Positions 1 through 8,191 are shown, counted from the first letter of the stretch. The stretch is DNA of 32,000 nucleotides from Candidatus Iainarchaeum sp. (GCA_037441475.1 JBBISB010000001.1:6418-38417), one strand, 5' to 3'. A program made the numbers and translations. Notes: generated from the letters alone by a model not told the origin.

Positions 1-100
1 ATTAAAGAAGAAAAGATTAAAGAAGAAAAGATTAAAGAAGAAAAGATTAAAGAAGAAAAGATTAAAGAAGGAAAGATTAAAGAAGAAAAGATTAAAGAAA
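1..100 (+). repeat. 15-bp in-frame tandem repeat ATTAAAGAAGAAAAG, 6 copies plus a partial 7th (one copy has GGA for GAA)
   Basis: Direct reading: 1-15, 16-30, 31-45, 46-60, 61-75 (variant), 76-90, partial from 91. Confidence 0.9.
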
Positions 101-240
101 AAAGTTCTTCTGAAAAAATAAAATCTAAAAGAGAGAGTTTCTTAAAAGAATTATTTTTAAGAGATTCTAAAATAAAAACAATTAAGCCTAAAAAAGGGTA
201 TCCTATGATGAGTCCTCCAAAAAGAAAAAGACCAAGATAG
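1..240 (+). CDS. 3' end of a CDS entering from the left edge; K/E-rich protein with (IKEEK)n repeats and a basic tail (..PPKRKRPR*)
   Basis: Frame 1 is open from position 1 to TAG at 238-240 (own translation). Not in the ORF track because it is partial. Confidence 0.5.
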   Translation: MKEEKIKEEKIKEEKIKEEKIKEGKIKEEKIKEKSSSEKIKSKRESFLKELFLRDSKIKTIKPKKGYPMMSPPKRKRPR

Positions 241-272
241 GCTTTTTAAAGAGTTTTTCTTATTATTTATTT

Positions 273-1835
273 ATGCTTGACTTATCAAAAATACCAATAG
301 ACCCTGGTTGTTATCTTTATAAAGATAAAAATAACATGATAATCTATATTGGTAAGGCTAAAAACTTAAAAAAAAGAGTTACAAGTTATTTTACAAAAGA
401 AGATTTAGACCCAAAGACCTTAGCTTTAGTTGAAAACATCTCCTCAATTGACTTTATAGTTACAAAAAACGAACTTGAGGCTCTTTTGCTTGAAAACAAT
501 TTAATTAAGAAGCATAAACCAAGGTATAACATCATCTTTAAAGACTCAAAAGAATACGCTTATCTTTTCTTAACTAAAGAAAAGTTTCCTAGATTATTTA
601 TCTTAAGAGAAAAACCAAAAGAAAACCAAATAGCTTTTGGTCCTTTTACTTCTGCTGAAAAAAGAGATAATCTCTTAAAGTATGTAAACAAATACTTTAA
701 ACTAAGAACATGTAAAACCTTACCAAAAACACCATGCATAAGGTACCATATAGGACAATGTTCTGCTCCGTGCATCTCTATGGTTTCAAAAGAAGAGTAC
801 ATGCAGACAATTGAAACAATCTCTTCTCTTTTAAAAGGAAAAACTGAAATTGTTTTAAAAGAACTAAAAGAAAGAATGTCTAAGTTTTCAAAAGAAAATA
901 ACTTTGAGTCTGCTTTAGTTTTAAGAGACCAAATAAACGCCATTGAATATCTATCTTTAAAACAGAATGTTGAAAAAACAAAACTTTATAATCAAGATTT
1001 AATTAACTATATTTTACATAAAGAAAAAGCCTATTTTGTTTTATTTAATATCTCTAAAGGAATACTTCTAAACAAAAAAGAATTTTCTTTTGATATCTTT
1101 GAAGAAGAAACTCTTCTAGATGATTTTATTTTAAAGTATTATTCTGAAAAAGAAACTCCTTTAGAGGTTATTGTTCCAAAAGAAGTTCAAGCCTCAACTA
1201 TTGATTTTTTTAAAAAGAAAAATAAAAAAATAAGCTTTATATTCCCAAAATCAGGAGAAAAGAAAGAACTTCTTGATTTTGCATATAAAAACATAGAAAT
1301 TAAATTCTTAGAAAACACTTTTGCTTTAGAAGACTTAAAAGGTGCTTTATCCTTAAAAGAAGTTCCTAAGATTATCGAGTGTTTTGATATTTCTCATCTT
1401 TCAGGAAAGTTTACTGTAGGCTCTATGGTTCAGTTTAAGGATGGAAGAGAGAATAAAAAGGAATATAGAAGAGTTAAGATTAAATCTTTTGAAGGGAACA
1501 ATGATTTTTTAGCAATTGAAGAGATTGTAAAAAGAAGATATTTAAGAGTTTTAAAAGAAGGAAAAGATTTTCCTGATCTAATTGTTATTGATGGGGGAAA
1601 GGGACAACTTTCTTCTGCAAAGAAAGCCATTGATTCTTTAAACCTTTATAAAAAAGTAAATTTAATCTCTCTTGCAAAAAAGGAAGAAGAAATTTATCTT
1701 GAAGACAACTTAATTCCTCTTAAACTTTCTAAAAAGTCAAAAGCCTTAAAGCTTTTACAAAGGATAAGAGATGAGACTCATAGGTTTGCTATTACTTACA
1801 ATAGGCTTTTAAGAAAAAAAGATATTAGGAAATAG
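273..1835 (+). CDS. uvrC: Excinuclease ABC subunit C (UvrC), short form of 520 aa
   Basis: GIY-YIG N-terminus (CYLYKD..IIYIGKAKNLKKRVTSYF), UVR helix (FESALVLRDQINAIEYL), endonuclease motif RIRDETHRFAITYNR. Ends about 10 aa after that motif. Confidence 0.9.
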   Translation: MLDLSKIPIDPGCYLYKDKNNMIIYIGKAKNLKKRVTSYFTKEDLDPKTLALVENISSIDFIVTKNELEALLLENNLIKKHKPRYNIIFKDSKEYAYLFLTKEKFPRLFILREKPKENQIAFGPFTSAEKRDNLLKYVNKYFKLRTCKTLPKTPCIRYHIGQCSAPCISMVSKEEYMQTIETISSLLKGKTEIVLKELKERMSKFSKENNFESALVLRDQINAIEYLSLKQNVEKTKLYNQDLINYILHKEKAYFVLFNISKGILLNKKEFSFDIFEEETLLDDFILKYYSEKETPLEVIVPKEVQASTIDFFKKKNKKISFIFPKSGEKKELLDFAYKNIEIKFLENTFALEDLKGALSLKEVPKIIECFDISHLSGKFTVGSMVQFKDGRENKKEYRRVKIKSFEGNNDFLAIEEIVKRRYLRVLKEGKDFPDLIVIDGGKGQLSSAKKAIDSLNLYKKVNLISLAKKEEEIYLEDNLIPLKLSKKSKALKLLQRIRDETHRFAITYNRLLRKKDIRK

Positions 1836-1860
1836 TAATACAGACCTCTTTTTAAATCTT

Positions 1861-1890
1861 TGTGCACTTAATATATATATGATATGCACA
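1861..1890. promoter_or_regulatory. Inverted repeat TGTGCA-N18-TGCACA bracketing an AT-rich TATA-like box upstream of the TA module; candidate operator/promoter
   Basis: TGTGCA at 1861-1866, TGCACA at 1885-1890, SD-like GAGGTGA just before ATG 1902. Confidence 0.3.
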
Positions 1891-1901
1891 CGAGGTGAGT
1901 T

Positions 1902-2159
1902 ATGGAAAGTAATATTAATGCTAGAATAAAACTTAACAATTATTCTAATAGAGTCTTTGGTGTTATTAAATCTAAATATGATCTTAAGGATAAAAGTGAA
2001 GCAATAAATAAATTTGTTGAGCTTTATGGTCCTAATGAAGTTGATTTAGAAATTAAAGAGGATTATATAAAAAAACTTAATGATATTCAAAATAAACATA
2101 TTAAAAAATATGGTGTTAAAAAAATGAGTAAAAAAGAATTAGATAAATTATTTGAATAA
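1902..2159 (+). CDS. Small putative antitoxin (resembles archaeal DUF2683-type proteins, from memory)
   Basis: 85 aa; motif NRVFGVIKSKYDLKDKSEAI; stops 2 nt before the RelE-like ORF. Confidence 0.5.
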   Translation: MESNINARIKLNNYSNRVFGVIKSKYDLKDKSEAINKFVELYGPNEVDLEIKEDYIKKLNDIQNKHIKKYGVKKMSKKELDKLFE

Positions 2160-2161
2160 TT

Positions 2162-2467
2162 ATGACTTTTAGTTTTGAAATTTCTGATTTTTTAAAAGAA
2201 AAGATAATTAAGTTAAAGAAAGATCCAGTTTTAAAAAATGCAATTTATAAAAAGATTAATGAAATTATTGATTCTGATGAATTTACTATTCTTCACTATA
2301 AGTTTTTAAGATATGATAAATTAAATAGACAAAGAGTACATATATTAAAAAGCTTTGTTTTAACTTTTGTATATCTTAAAAAAGAAAAACATATTATTTT
2401 CCTTGATTTTGATCATCATGATAATGTTTATAAAAATATCAGAGTATTTAATTTTTATTTCATATAA
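2162..2467 (+). CDS. RelE/ParE-superfamily toxin-like protein
   Basis: 101 aa; KLKKDPVL..HYKFL..RVHILKSFVLTF..IIFLDFDHHDNVYK pattern typical of archaeal RelE-fold toxins; tight coupling to the upstream small ORF. Confidence 0.65.
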   Translation: MTFSFEISDFLKEKIIKLKKDPVLKNAIYKKINEIIDSDEFTILHYKFLRYDKLNRQRVHILKSFVLTFVYLKKEKHIIFLDFDHHDNVYKNIRVFNFYFI

Positions 2468-2715
2468 GGCTCGCAGATAAACCAAGCCTCTTCCATTTCC
2501 TTTCTTGCATTCTCTAAATGCTTAGAACATTCTTCAAGTCTTTTTGCTAACTTCTTTCTATCTCTTTTAAAATCAGCTACAGATTGTTCCTTAATATTTT
2601 CTTTTAAATATTCTATAAATTCAGCTGTTTCTTTATATCTTAAAAAACCAACTTCATTTGCAAGTTCTTTAAAACTTCCAGGGTATTTTTTAATCTAAGT
2701 TAAATGTTCCTTCAT
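2455..2715 (-). pseudogene. 86-codon ORF of unknown function interrupted by an in-frame TAG at codon 7 (2695-2697)
   Basis: Own translation: MKEHLT*IKKYPGSFKELANEVGFLRYKETAEFIEYLKENIKEQSVADFKRDRKKLAKRLEECSKHLENARKEMEEAWFICEPYMK*. Its ATG (2713-2715) overlaps the TGA of the upstream phosphoesterase gene as ATGA. Confidence 0.4.
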
Positions 2716-3791
2716 ATCTTCTCAAGCTTAATAGTTATAATTTCATTTCTAGTTCCTAAACGAACCTTAGGTCCCCAAAAGTTAGTTCCTTGGCTTACAA
2801 TTATTTTCATATTTTGATACTCATAAAGTCCTCTATAGTAAGGATATATTGCTTTAACTAAAAGAGTGATTGGAAAGGCTTGTCCACCATGAGTATGTCC
2901 TGAAAGCATGAGATCAATTCCTTTTTCTTTTGCTATAGGTACATCAATTGGTTCATGGTATAGAAGAATATTATAATTTTCATTTTTAATTTCAACTTTA
3001 GAAAGCTCTTTTTTTAAAAAACCTTCTTCTCTAGAATATCTAACACCAGTAAAAACAATATTTTTATTTTCAAAACTATTAGTGTCAAGATAAATAATTT
3101 TACAATTATTTAAAATATCTAAAACTCTTTCTTCTCCATACATTAAATCGTGGTTACCATGAGCATAGATAACAGGGATATTATACTTGTTTGTAATCTC
3201 TAAAGTATCAAGGGATATTTTTCCAGGTCTATCAAAAAGATCTCCTGTAATAACAATATAGTCTGGTTTGTTCTTAATTGCTTTTTTATAAACATTTTGA
3301 AACCTATTTTTAGAGTTTACACCAAATAAATGAAGATCAGATAAATGAACAATATTAATATTCTCTGTTATTTTATCACTTTTTATTATTATTTCTTTTT
3401 GATTATAGCTTAAAGCGTTTATAAAAGAATAAACAAATAAAAGTAAAGTTATGATTATTATAATAAATGCAAAAGTACTTCCTAGTATCTTAATCTTTAG
3501 AATATACTTTATTACCTCTAAAATAACAGTTACAAGAATAAACATTAAGGCTAAAGCAAACAAAAGGTATGAACCATTGTAAAGTCCTTGTGTAAAATAG
3601 TTGCTAAAACTTTCTTGTAAGAAGTTACTTAGTAAAACAAGGCCAAAAATAATTAAAGAAATAATTAAAGGATTAATGATATTTTTCATTCCAAAATAAA
3701 AATATAGTCTATTTATGGAAAAATAAAGTCCAAAGAAATATATTGCAAAGAAAACTAAGATTATTGTAAAGAATAAGAGTATTGATTTCAT
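2712..3791 (-). CDS. Membrane-anchored calcineurin-like metallophosphoesterase
   Basis: Hydrophobic N-terminal half, then motifs VHLSDLHL, GDLFDR, GNHD, GHTHGGQ. Confidence 0.8.
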   Translation of the reverse strand: MKSILLFFTIILVFFAIYFFGLYFSINRLYFYFGMKNIINPLIISLIIFGLVLLSNFLQESFSNYFTQGLYNGSYLLFALALMFILVTVILEVIKYILKIKILGSTFAFIIIIITLLLFVYSFINALSYNQKEIIIKSDKITENINIVHLSDLHLFGVNSKNRFQNVYKKAIKNKPDYIVITGDLFDRPGKISLDTLEITNKYNIPVIYAHGNHDLMYGEERVLDILNNCKIIYLDTNSFENKNIVFTGVRYSREEGFLKKELSKVEIKNENYNILLYHEPIDVPIAKEKGIDLMLSGHTHGGQAFPITLLVKAIYPYYRGLYEYQNMKIIVSQGTNFWGPKVRLGTRNEIITIKLEKI

Positions 3792-3959
3792 AGACCATCA
3801 TTTTTTTGTATATATAATATGTAATACACAAGTATATATTTCTTTCTTTAAATATATTTTTTAGAATTATAAATCTTATTTTCTTTTAAATATATGAGTA
3901 ATATATCATATTTTTATAAACATTTTCCTGCCATAGATATATATTAATGTGATAATTAT

Positions 3960-4964
3960 ATGTATGAAGAAAGAATATTAAAAGAAATTAAAAAACTTAA
4001 AGAGAAACTTACATTAGAGAAAGATTCTCCTCTTGCTTTACAGATACCTGAAGGCTTAAAGCAATATGCAACAGAAATTTTAGAAGAATTAAAAGATTAT
4101 AAACCAGTTTTATTTGTAGATCCTTGTTTTGGTGCATGTGATATTAAAGATCAAGAGGCTATTAATTTTGGATGTAAGGCATTAGTTCACATTGGGCATA
4201 ACTACATGAATAAGCCTTTGATAAAAACTTATTTTGTACCTGTTGGTTATATATTTTCAAAAGAAGAAAAAGAGTTTATATTTTCAGAGATTAAAAGACT
4301 AAATTTAAAAAAAATAAACTTAGTTACAACAACAAACTTTTTAGATGAAATTTTAGAAATTAAAAAAGATTTAATCTCTTCTGGTATTGAAGTTTTAGAT
4401 TCAAAAGAAAGTATGCATGTTAGAAAGCATATGGTTTTAGGTTGCGACTCTTCAACAATCATTGATACTGAAAACCCAATTATCTATGTAGGAGATGGTG
4501 TTTTCCACCCTAATAACCTAGGTTTTGTTTTTGAAAAAAGAGATATCTATGTTATTAACCCTATTTTAAGAGAAACAGTTAAGCTTGATATTAATGATAG
4601 GTTTGTAAGACAGAGATATGGTTTAGTTGCAAAAGCCCTAACTTCTAAAAGTTTTGGTATTTTAGTAAGCTCTAAGCATGGACAGTTTAGGTTAAGGTTT
4701 GCAAGACATATCCAAGAAAAGTTAGAGAAGTTAGGTAAAAAAACATATATTTTTGCTTCAGATTATATTAAGGAAGAGTATATCTTAGGTATGAAGATTG
4801 ATTGCTATGTAAATATTGCCTGTCCTAGAATAGGGTATGATGATTTCCAAAACTTTAAAAAACCAATAATTACCCCTCAAGAGGTTAGTTTACTTGAAGA
4901 TATGACAAAGGAGTTTAAGGTTGATCAGATAAGGGAGCTTGAAAATTATTATTCAAGAGAATAA
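3960..4964 (+). CDS. dph2: Diphthamide biosynthesis protein Dph2 (2-(3-amino-3-carboxypropyl)histidine synthase)
   Basis: LQIPEGLK start of the domain, three Cys contexts CFGACD / LGCDSS / IACPRI, archaeal-typical length of 334 aa. Confidence 0.85.
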   Translation: MYEERILKEIKKLKEKLTLEKDSPLALQIPEGLKQYATEILEELKDYKPVLFVDPCFGACDIKDQEAINFGCKALVHIGHNYMNKPLIKTYFVPVGYIFSKEEKEFIFSEIKRLNLKKINLVTTTNFLDEILEIKKDLISSGIEVLDSKESMHVRKHMVLGCDSSTIIDTENPIIYVGDGVFHPNNLGFVFEKRDIYVINPILRETVKLDINDRFVRQRYGLVAKALTSKSFGILVSSKHGQFRLRFARHIQEKLEKLGKKTYIFASDYIKEEYILGMKIDCYVNIACPRIGYDDFQNFKKPIITPQEVSLLEDMTKEFKVDQIRELENYYSRE

Positions 4965-5011
4965 TTTTTTTTTAAAAAAAATAAAAAAATTAGGAAAGAA
5001 AAAGAGAAAAC

Positions 5012-5290
5012 CTAGTCGTGGCTTCCAATCTCTTTGTCTGTGAAAAGATAATCTTTAAGTTCTTTTGCAAAACGAGAATCATTTCTTCTAAGCCACTCAA
5101 TAAGCATTGCTGCATGTTCCTTTTCTTCATCTCTATTATGTTCTAAGATTTTTTTAAGTTCAGGATCATTAGTTGCATCCGCTCTTTGTTGGTAAAAGTC
5201 AACAGCCTCAAGCTCTTCTCTTAAAGAATCAATTGCTCTTCTAAGGTTTAATGTTTTTTCTGAAAGTTTTGATGTTTCTTCATATGTCAT
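5012..5290 (-). CDS. Encapsulated-ferritin (EncFtn) family ferritin-like protein, stand-alone
   Basis: EELEAVDFYQQRADATNDPELKKILEHNRDEEKEHAAMLIEWLRRND closely matches the EncFtn core as I recall it from the Rhodospirillum rubrum protein. Confidence 0.8.
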   Translation of the reverse strand: MTYEETSKLSEKTLNLRRAIDSLREELEAVDFYQQRADATNDPELKKILEHNRDEEKEHAAMLIEWLRRNDSRFAKELKDYLFTDKEIGSHD

Positions 5291-5369
5291 AATTTACGTT
5301 TCACCTCAAATATTTTTGTCTAATAGTATATAAGATGAAAGTTTATTTAAAGATATAAGGTTTTAACAA

Positions 5370-6120
5370 ATGTTTAAAAAAGAAGATAAAAGAATTGTTG
5401 TTGGAGTCTCTGGTGGAGTTGACTCTATGGTATCTTTAGTTCTTTTAAAGAAACAAGGATATATTCCTATAGCAGTATCTTTAGCCTTACCTATATGGGA
5501 AAGCCCTAAAAACATAGATACAGAGAATGCTTGTTGTACCATTGATTCCATAAACTTAGTTTCTTTAGTATGTAAGGACCTAGGTATTGAGCATTTTGTT
5601 TATGATGTTAAAGAAGAGTTTAAAGAAACTGTTGTTAAGTATTTTTTAAAAGAACTTAAAAATGGAAGAGTTCCAAACCCTTGCATTCACTGTAACCTAG
5701 AGCATAAGATTAAACATTTAATAGAGTGGGCTGATAAGAATAATATTGAAAAAGTAGCAACAGGACATTTTGCTTCTAAAAGATATAATAAAAAAAACAA
5801 AAAGTTATGAGCTTATAGAAACTAAAGATAAGCTTAAGTACCAAACATATATGCTTTCTATGCTTCCACAGGAATGGATTAAAAGGCTTGAGTTTCCAAT
5901 CTCTTCTTTAACAAAAGAAGAAGTATGCTTGATTGCTGGGGAAAGTAACTTAGATGTTTTTGTTAAAAAGAAACAAAGTCAAGATTTTTGTTTTGCAAAC
6001 AAAAGCTCATTAACTGAGTTTATTAAAGATAGTTTAGGAGAAAATCCTCGTCCAATCTATTACGAAGATGGAAGATATCTTGGACAGCACAATGGACTTT
6101 TTCTTTTGATAAAGTTTTAA
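5370..6120 (+). pseudogene. mnmA: MnmA-type tRNA 2-thiouridylase (PP-loop ATPase), frameshifted and 3'-truncated
   Basis: ORF 5370-5810 has VGVSGGVDSMV, NPCIHCN, ATGHFA. ORF 5770-6120 continues in another frame with (Y)QTYML, EFPISSLTKEEV, KKKQSQDFCF, LGQHNGL. The shift lies in A-runs at 5790-5803. Homology stops at about 6095, well short of a full-length C-terminus. Confidence 0.75.
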
Positions 6121-6242
6121 TTGGTATATTTTTAATAGCTATTATTGGGCTTATAATGGAAGAATTAGTTTTTAAAAAGATAGAAAAGGCAACCTTAGTT
6201 AAATGGGGTAATATTTCTTATAAGTTAAGTTTTATGGCTTAA
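6096..6242 (+). pseudogene. C-terminal remnant of an ABC-transporter permease (binding-protein-dependent type)
   Basis: Own translation ..FSFDKVLIGIFLIAIIGLIMEELVFKKIEKATLVKWGN..* resembles the last TM helix plus tail of TauC/SsuC-like permeases. No upstream part exists. Confidence 0.4.
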
Positions 6243-6348
6243 TCTTACCCTTTTTAACCTTTTTCTTGTATATTATATATATGAGATTAAAATCAGATAT
6301 TTCTTATTCTTATATTTTTAAAAACAAATAACGGAGTGTGATTTTTAA

Positions 6349-6969
6349 ATGAGTGAAAACAACATTAATCAATTTGGAGAGCTTCCATATGCGTATGATG
6401 CTTTAGAGCCATTTATAGACAAAGAAACAATGAGTGTTCATCATAAAAAACACCATAGAGCATACTATGATAACTTCATAAAAGCAATAACAGGAACTTC
6501 TCTTGAGAATCTGGCTGTTACTGAAATATTAAAAGACTTATCTATCTTACCAGAGGATAAAAAGCAAGCAATTATTAACAATGGTGGAGGATATTTCAAT
6601 CATAATTTCTTTTGGGATATAATGACTTCTTCATCTACTAAAAAACCATTAGAGCTTCTAGAAAAAGAGATTATTTCGTCTTTTGAAAGTTTTGAAAACT
6701 TCAAAGCAAAATTTAAAGAAAAGGCTTTAACTTTATTTGGTTCTGGTTGGGTATGGCTTGTTTTAAATAAAGAAGGAAAACTTGAAATTATTCAGACAAG
6801 AAATCAAGATTCAGTAATCTCTTTAGGCTTAAAACCAATCTTGGCTTTAGATGTTTGGGAGCATGCATATTATCTTAAATATCAAAACAAAAGAGCTGAC
6901 TATGTTGATGCGTTCTGGAATGTTTTAAACTGGAAGCAAGCAGAGTATCTTTTTAATAGCTATAAATAG
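6349..6969 (+). CDS. sod: Fe/Mn superoxide dismutase
   Basis: LPYAYDALEP, HHKKHH, DVWEHAYYLKYQNKRADYV. Confidence 0.92.
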   Translation: MSENNINQFGELPYAYDALEPFIDKETMSVHHKKHHRAYYDNFIKAITGTSLENLAVTEILKDLSILPEDKKQAIINNGGGYFNHNFFWDIMTSSSTKKPLELLEKEIISSFESFENFKAKFKEKALTLFGSGWVWLVLNKEGKLEIIQTRNQDSVISLGLKPILALDVWEHAYYLKYQNKRADYVDAFWNVLNWKQAEYLFNSYK

Positions 6970-7045
6970 TTATTTTATTTTTTTACCTTGGATATTTAAG
7001 AAAAGTGGTGTTGTCCAGGGTAAAGGCTTTTTATTTAGAATTATG

Positions 7046-7243
7046 TTACAGATCTTTTTTTTCAATTATTTTTAATTCAGTAAAAATAACTTCTGGAACT
7101 TTTTTTCCTTCTAAGATGTCAATAGCTCTTAAAAGCATGTTTTTTCCTATTTGATCTGTTGATTGTGAAACAGTTGTACTCATTTTATTATTATTTATTG
7201 CATCTAAAGCATCTTCAATACCATCAAAACCAACAACCTTCAT
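7046..7243 (-). pseudogene. C-terminal remnant (65 aa) of a periplasmic sugar-binding protein (RbsB-like)
   Basis: VVGFDGIEDALDAINNNKMSTTVSQSTDQIGKNMLLRAIDILEGKKV parallels the E. coli RbsB C-terminus. The upstream frame hits a stop within 8 codons and shows no homology. Confidence 0.65.
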
Positions 7244-7416
7244 AGTTTCTTTCTTTTGATTTTTTTAAAGTTTCATTTAGTTTTCTTCTATTTTTTGTAG
7301 GATTCTCTCTTGTGTGTTTTATTGATTGAGATATTGATGGATTTTTTCTTATTGGTATATTTATTCACATTTAATATATTTATAGTGTATTAAATAATAT
7401 TTATAAATTATTTGTT

Positions 7417-7431
7417 TTTCTCGGCCATTTA
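7417..7431 (+). repeat. Direct repeat copy 1: TTTCTCGGCCATTTA
   Basis: Identical 15-mer at 8199-8213. Locally G+C-rich compared with the flanking AT-rich intergenic sequence. Confidence 0.6.
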
Positions 7432-7479
7432 CCCTTTCTTTAAAAAATAATTAATACTTATTCTAACTATATATTTTAG

Positions 7480-7506
7480 TAGATAGTTTATAGTTATCTA
7501 TAGATA
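7480..7506. promoter_or_regulatory. TAGATA / TATCTATAGATA palindromic element upstream of the wHTH gene; candidate operator
   Basis: TAGATA 7480-7485; perfect 12-bp palindrome TATCTATAGATA 7495-7506; about 60 bp upstream of ATG 7569. Confidence 0.3.
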
Positions 7507-7568
7507 ATAGAAAGGTTTAAATAGTTTTTAGGGCATAAATATATTACCTATTATTTAAGGTGTATATT

Positions 7569-7829
7569 ATGGAAAAAAATATTCTTCATTATCCTAACTT
7601 AAAAACTGTTCTTGAAGTTGAAAAAATAATTAAAGAGTCTCAATTGCCTTTGACGAGATATAAAATAATTAAAAAATTAAACAATAAAGTTATGAAATCA
7701 ACTCTTAATGTTATTATTTCATATCTTGATAACAGAGGATTAATTTTAGATGGCTCTAAAGGCATTATTTGGACCTTTCAATTTAAAGATAAACTTAAAG
7801 AAAGGATTAAAGATGGTCTTGTTGTATGA
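7569..7829 (+). CDS. Small winged-helix-like protein, putative antitoxin/regulator
   Basis: The ORF track starts at GTG 7560. ATG 7569 sits 7 nt after an AAGGTG SD, so it is preferred. The stop TGA overlaps the ATG of the toxin-like pseudogene (ATGA). Confidence 0.5.
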   Translation: MEKNILHYPNLKTVLEVEKIIKESQLPLTRYKIIKKLNNKVMKSTLNVIISYLDNRGLILDGSKGIIWTFQFKDKLKERIKDGLVV

Positions 7830-8191
7830 AAGTAGTAAAAATTATTTTTGAGGGCGATGCAAAGGATGAATATTTAAAATTAAACTCAATTGTTAATTAA
7901 GAAATAAAAATAGGTATTAAGAAAAGTGAAAACCAAACTTTATTAAAATCTATTAATTTTAAGATTGAAATTTTAAAAAATAATCCTCAGGCCGGAAGAG
8001 CAGTTAAAAAATCATTAATACCTTTAAAATATAGAAAAAAAGAGATTACTAATTTATGGATACTAAACTTATCTAATTTTTGAAGATTACTATATAATAT
8101 TCAGACAGATGAAGTTATTATTTTTTGTTTTATTTTAGAATATGGAGATCATAATAAATATAATTATTTATTTGGTTTTAAAAAGAAGTAA
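7826..8191 (+). pseudogene. RelE/ParE-like toxin gene with two in-frame stops (TAA 7898-7900, TGA 8081-8083)
   Basis: Own translation MKVVKIIFEGDAKDEYLKLNSIVN*EIKIGIKKSENQTLLKSINFKIEILKNNPQAGRAVKKSLIPLKYRKKEITNLWILNLSNF*RLLYNIQTDEVIIFCFILEYGDHNKYNYLFGFKKK*. The ..NLW..L...(W)RLLY....DEVII...ILE.GDH..Y pattern is toxin-family-like. Confidence 0.65.

Noticed and set aside
1-100. Regular short repeats at the window start as a CRISPR array
   Set aside because: The units are contiguous 15-mers without spacers, they lie in an open reading frame, and they encode a peptide repeat.
4965-5369. Search for an encapsulin shell gene or remnant next to the EncFtn gene
   Set aside because: Only short AT-rich intergenic sequence is present on both sides. 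No frame is long enough for an HK97-fold protein.
7000-7045. Imperfect hairpin TACCTTGG..CCAGGGTA after sod as a structured ncRNA
   Set aside because: The stem is short with a long loop, and the hairpin sits between two convergent gene ends. An incidental or terminator-like element is more likely, and the evidence is insufficient for a call.
7826-8191. Possibility that in-frame TGA (and TAA/TAG elsewhere) reflects a recoded genetic code
   Set aside because: TGA, TAG and TAA each terminate well-conserved genes at the expected place in this window. TGA ends the phosphoesterase and the 14555 ORF. TAG ends uvrC, sod, dys and EncFtn. TAA ends uvrB and dph2. Standard code with nonsense mutations is the simpler reading.
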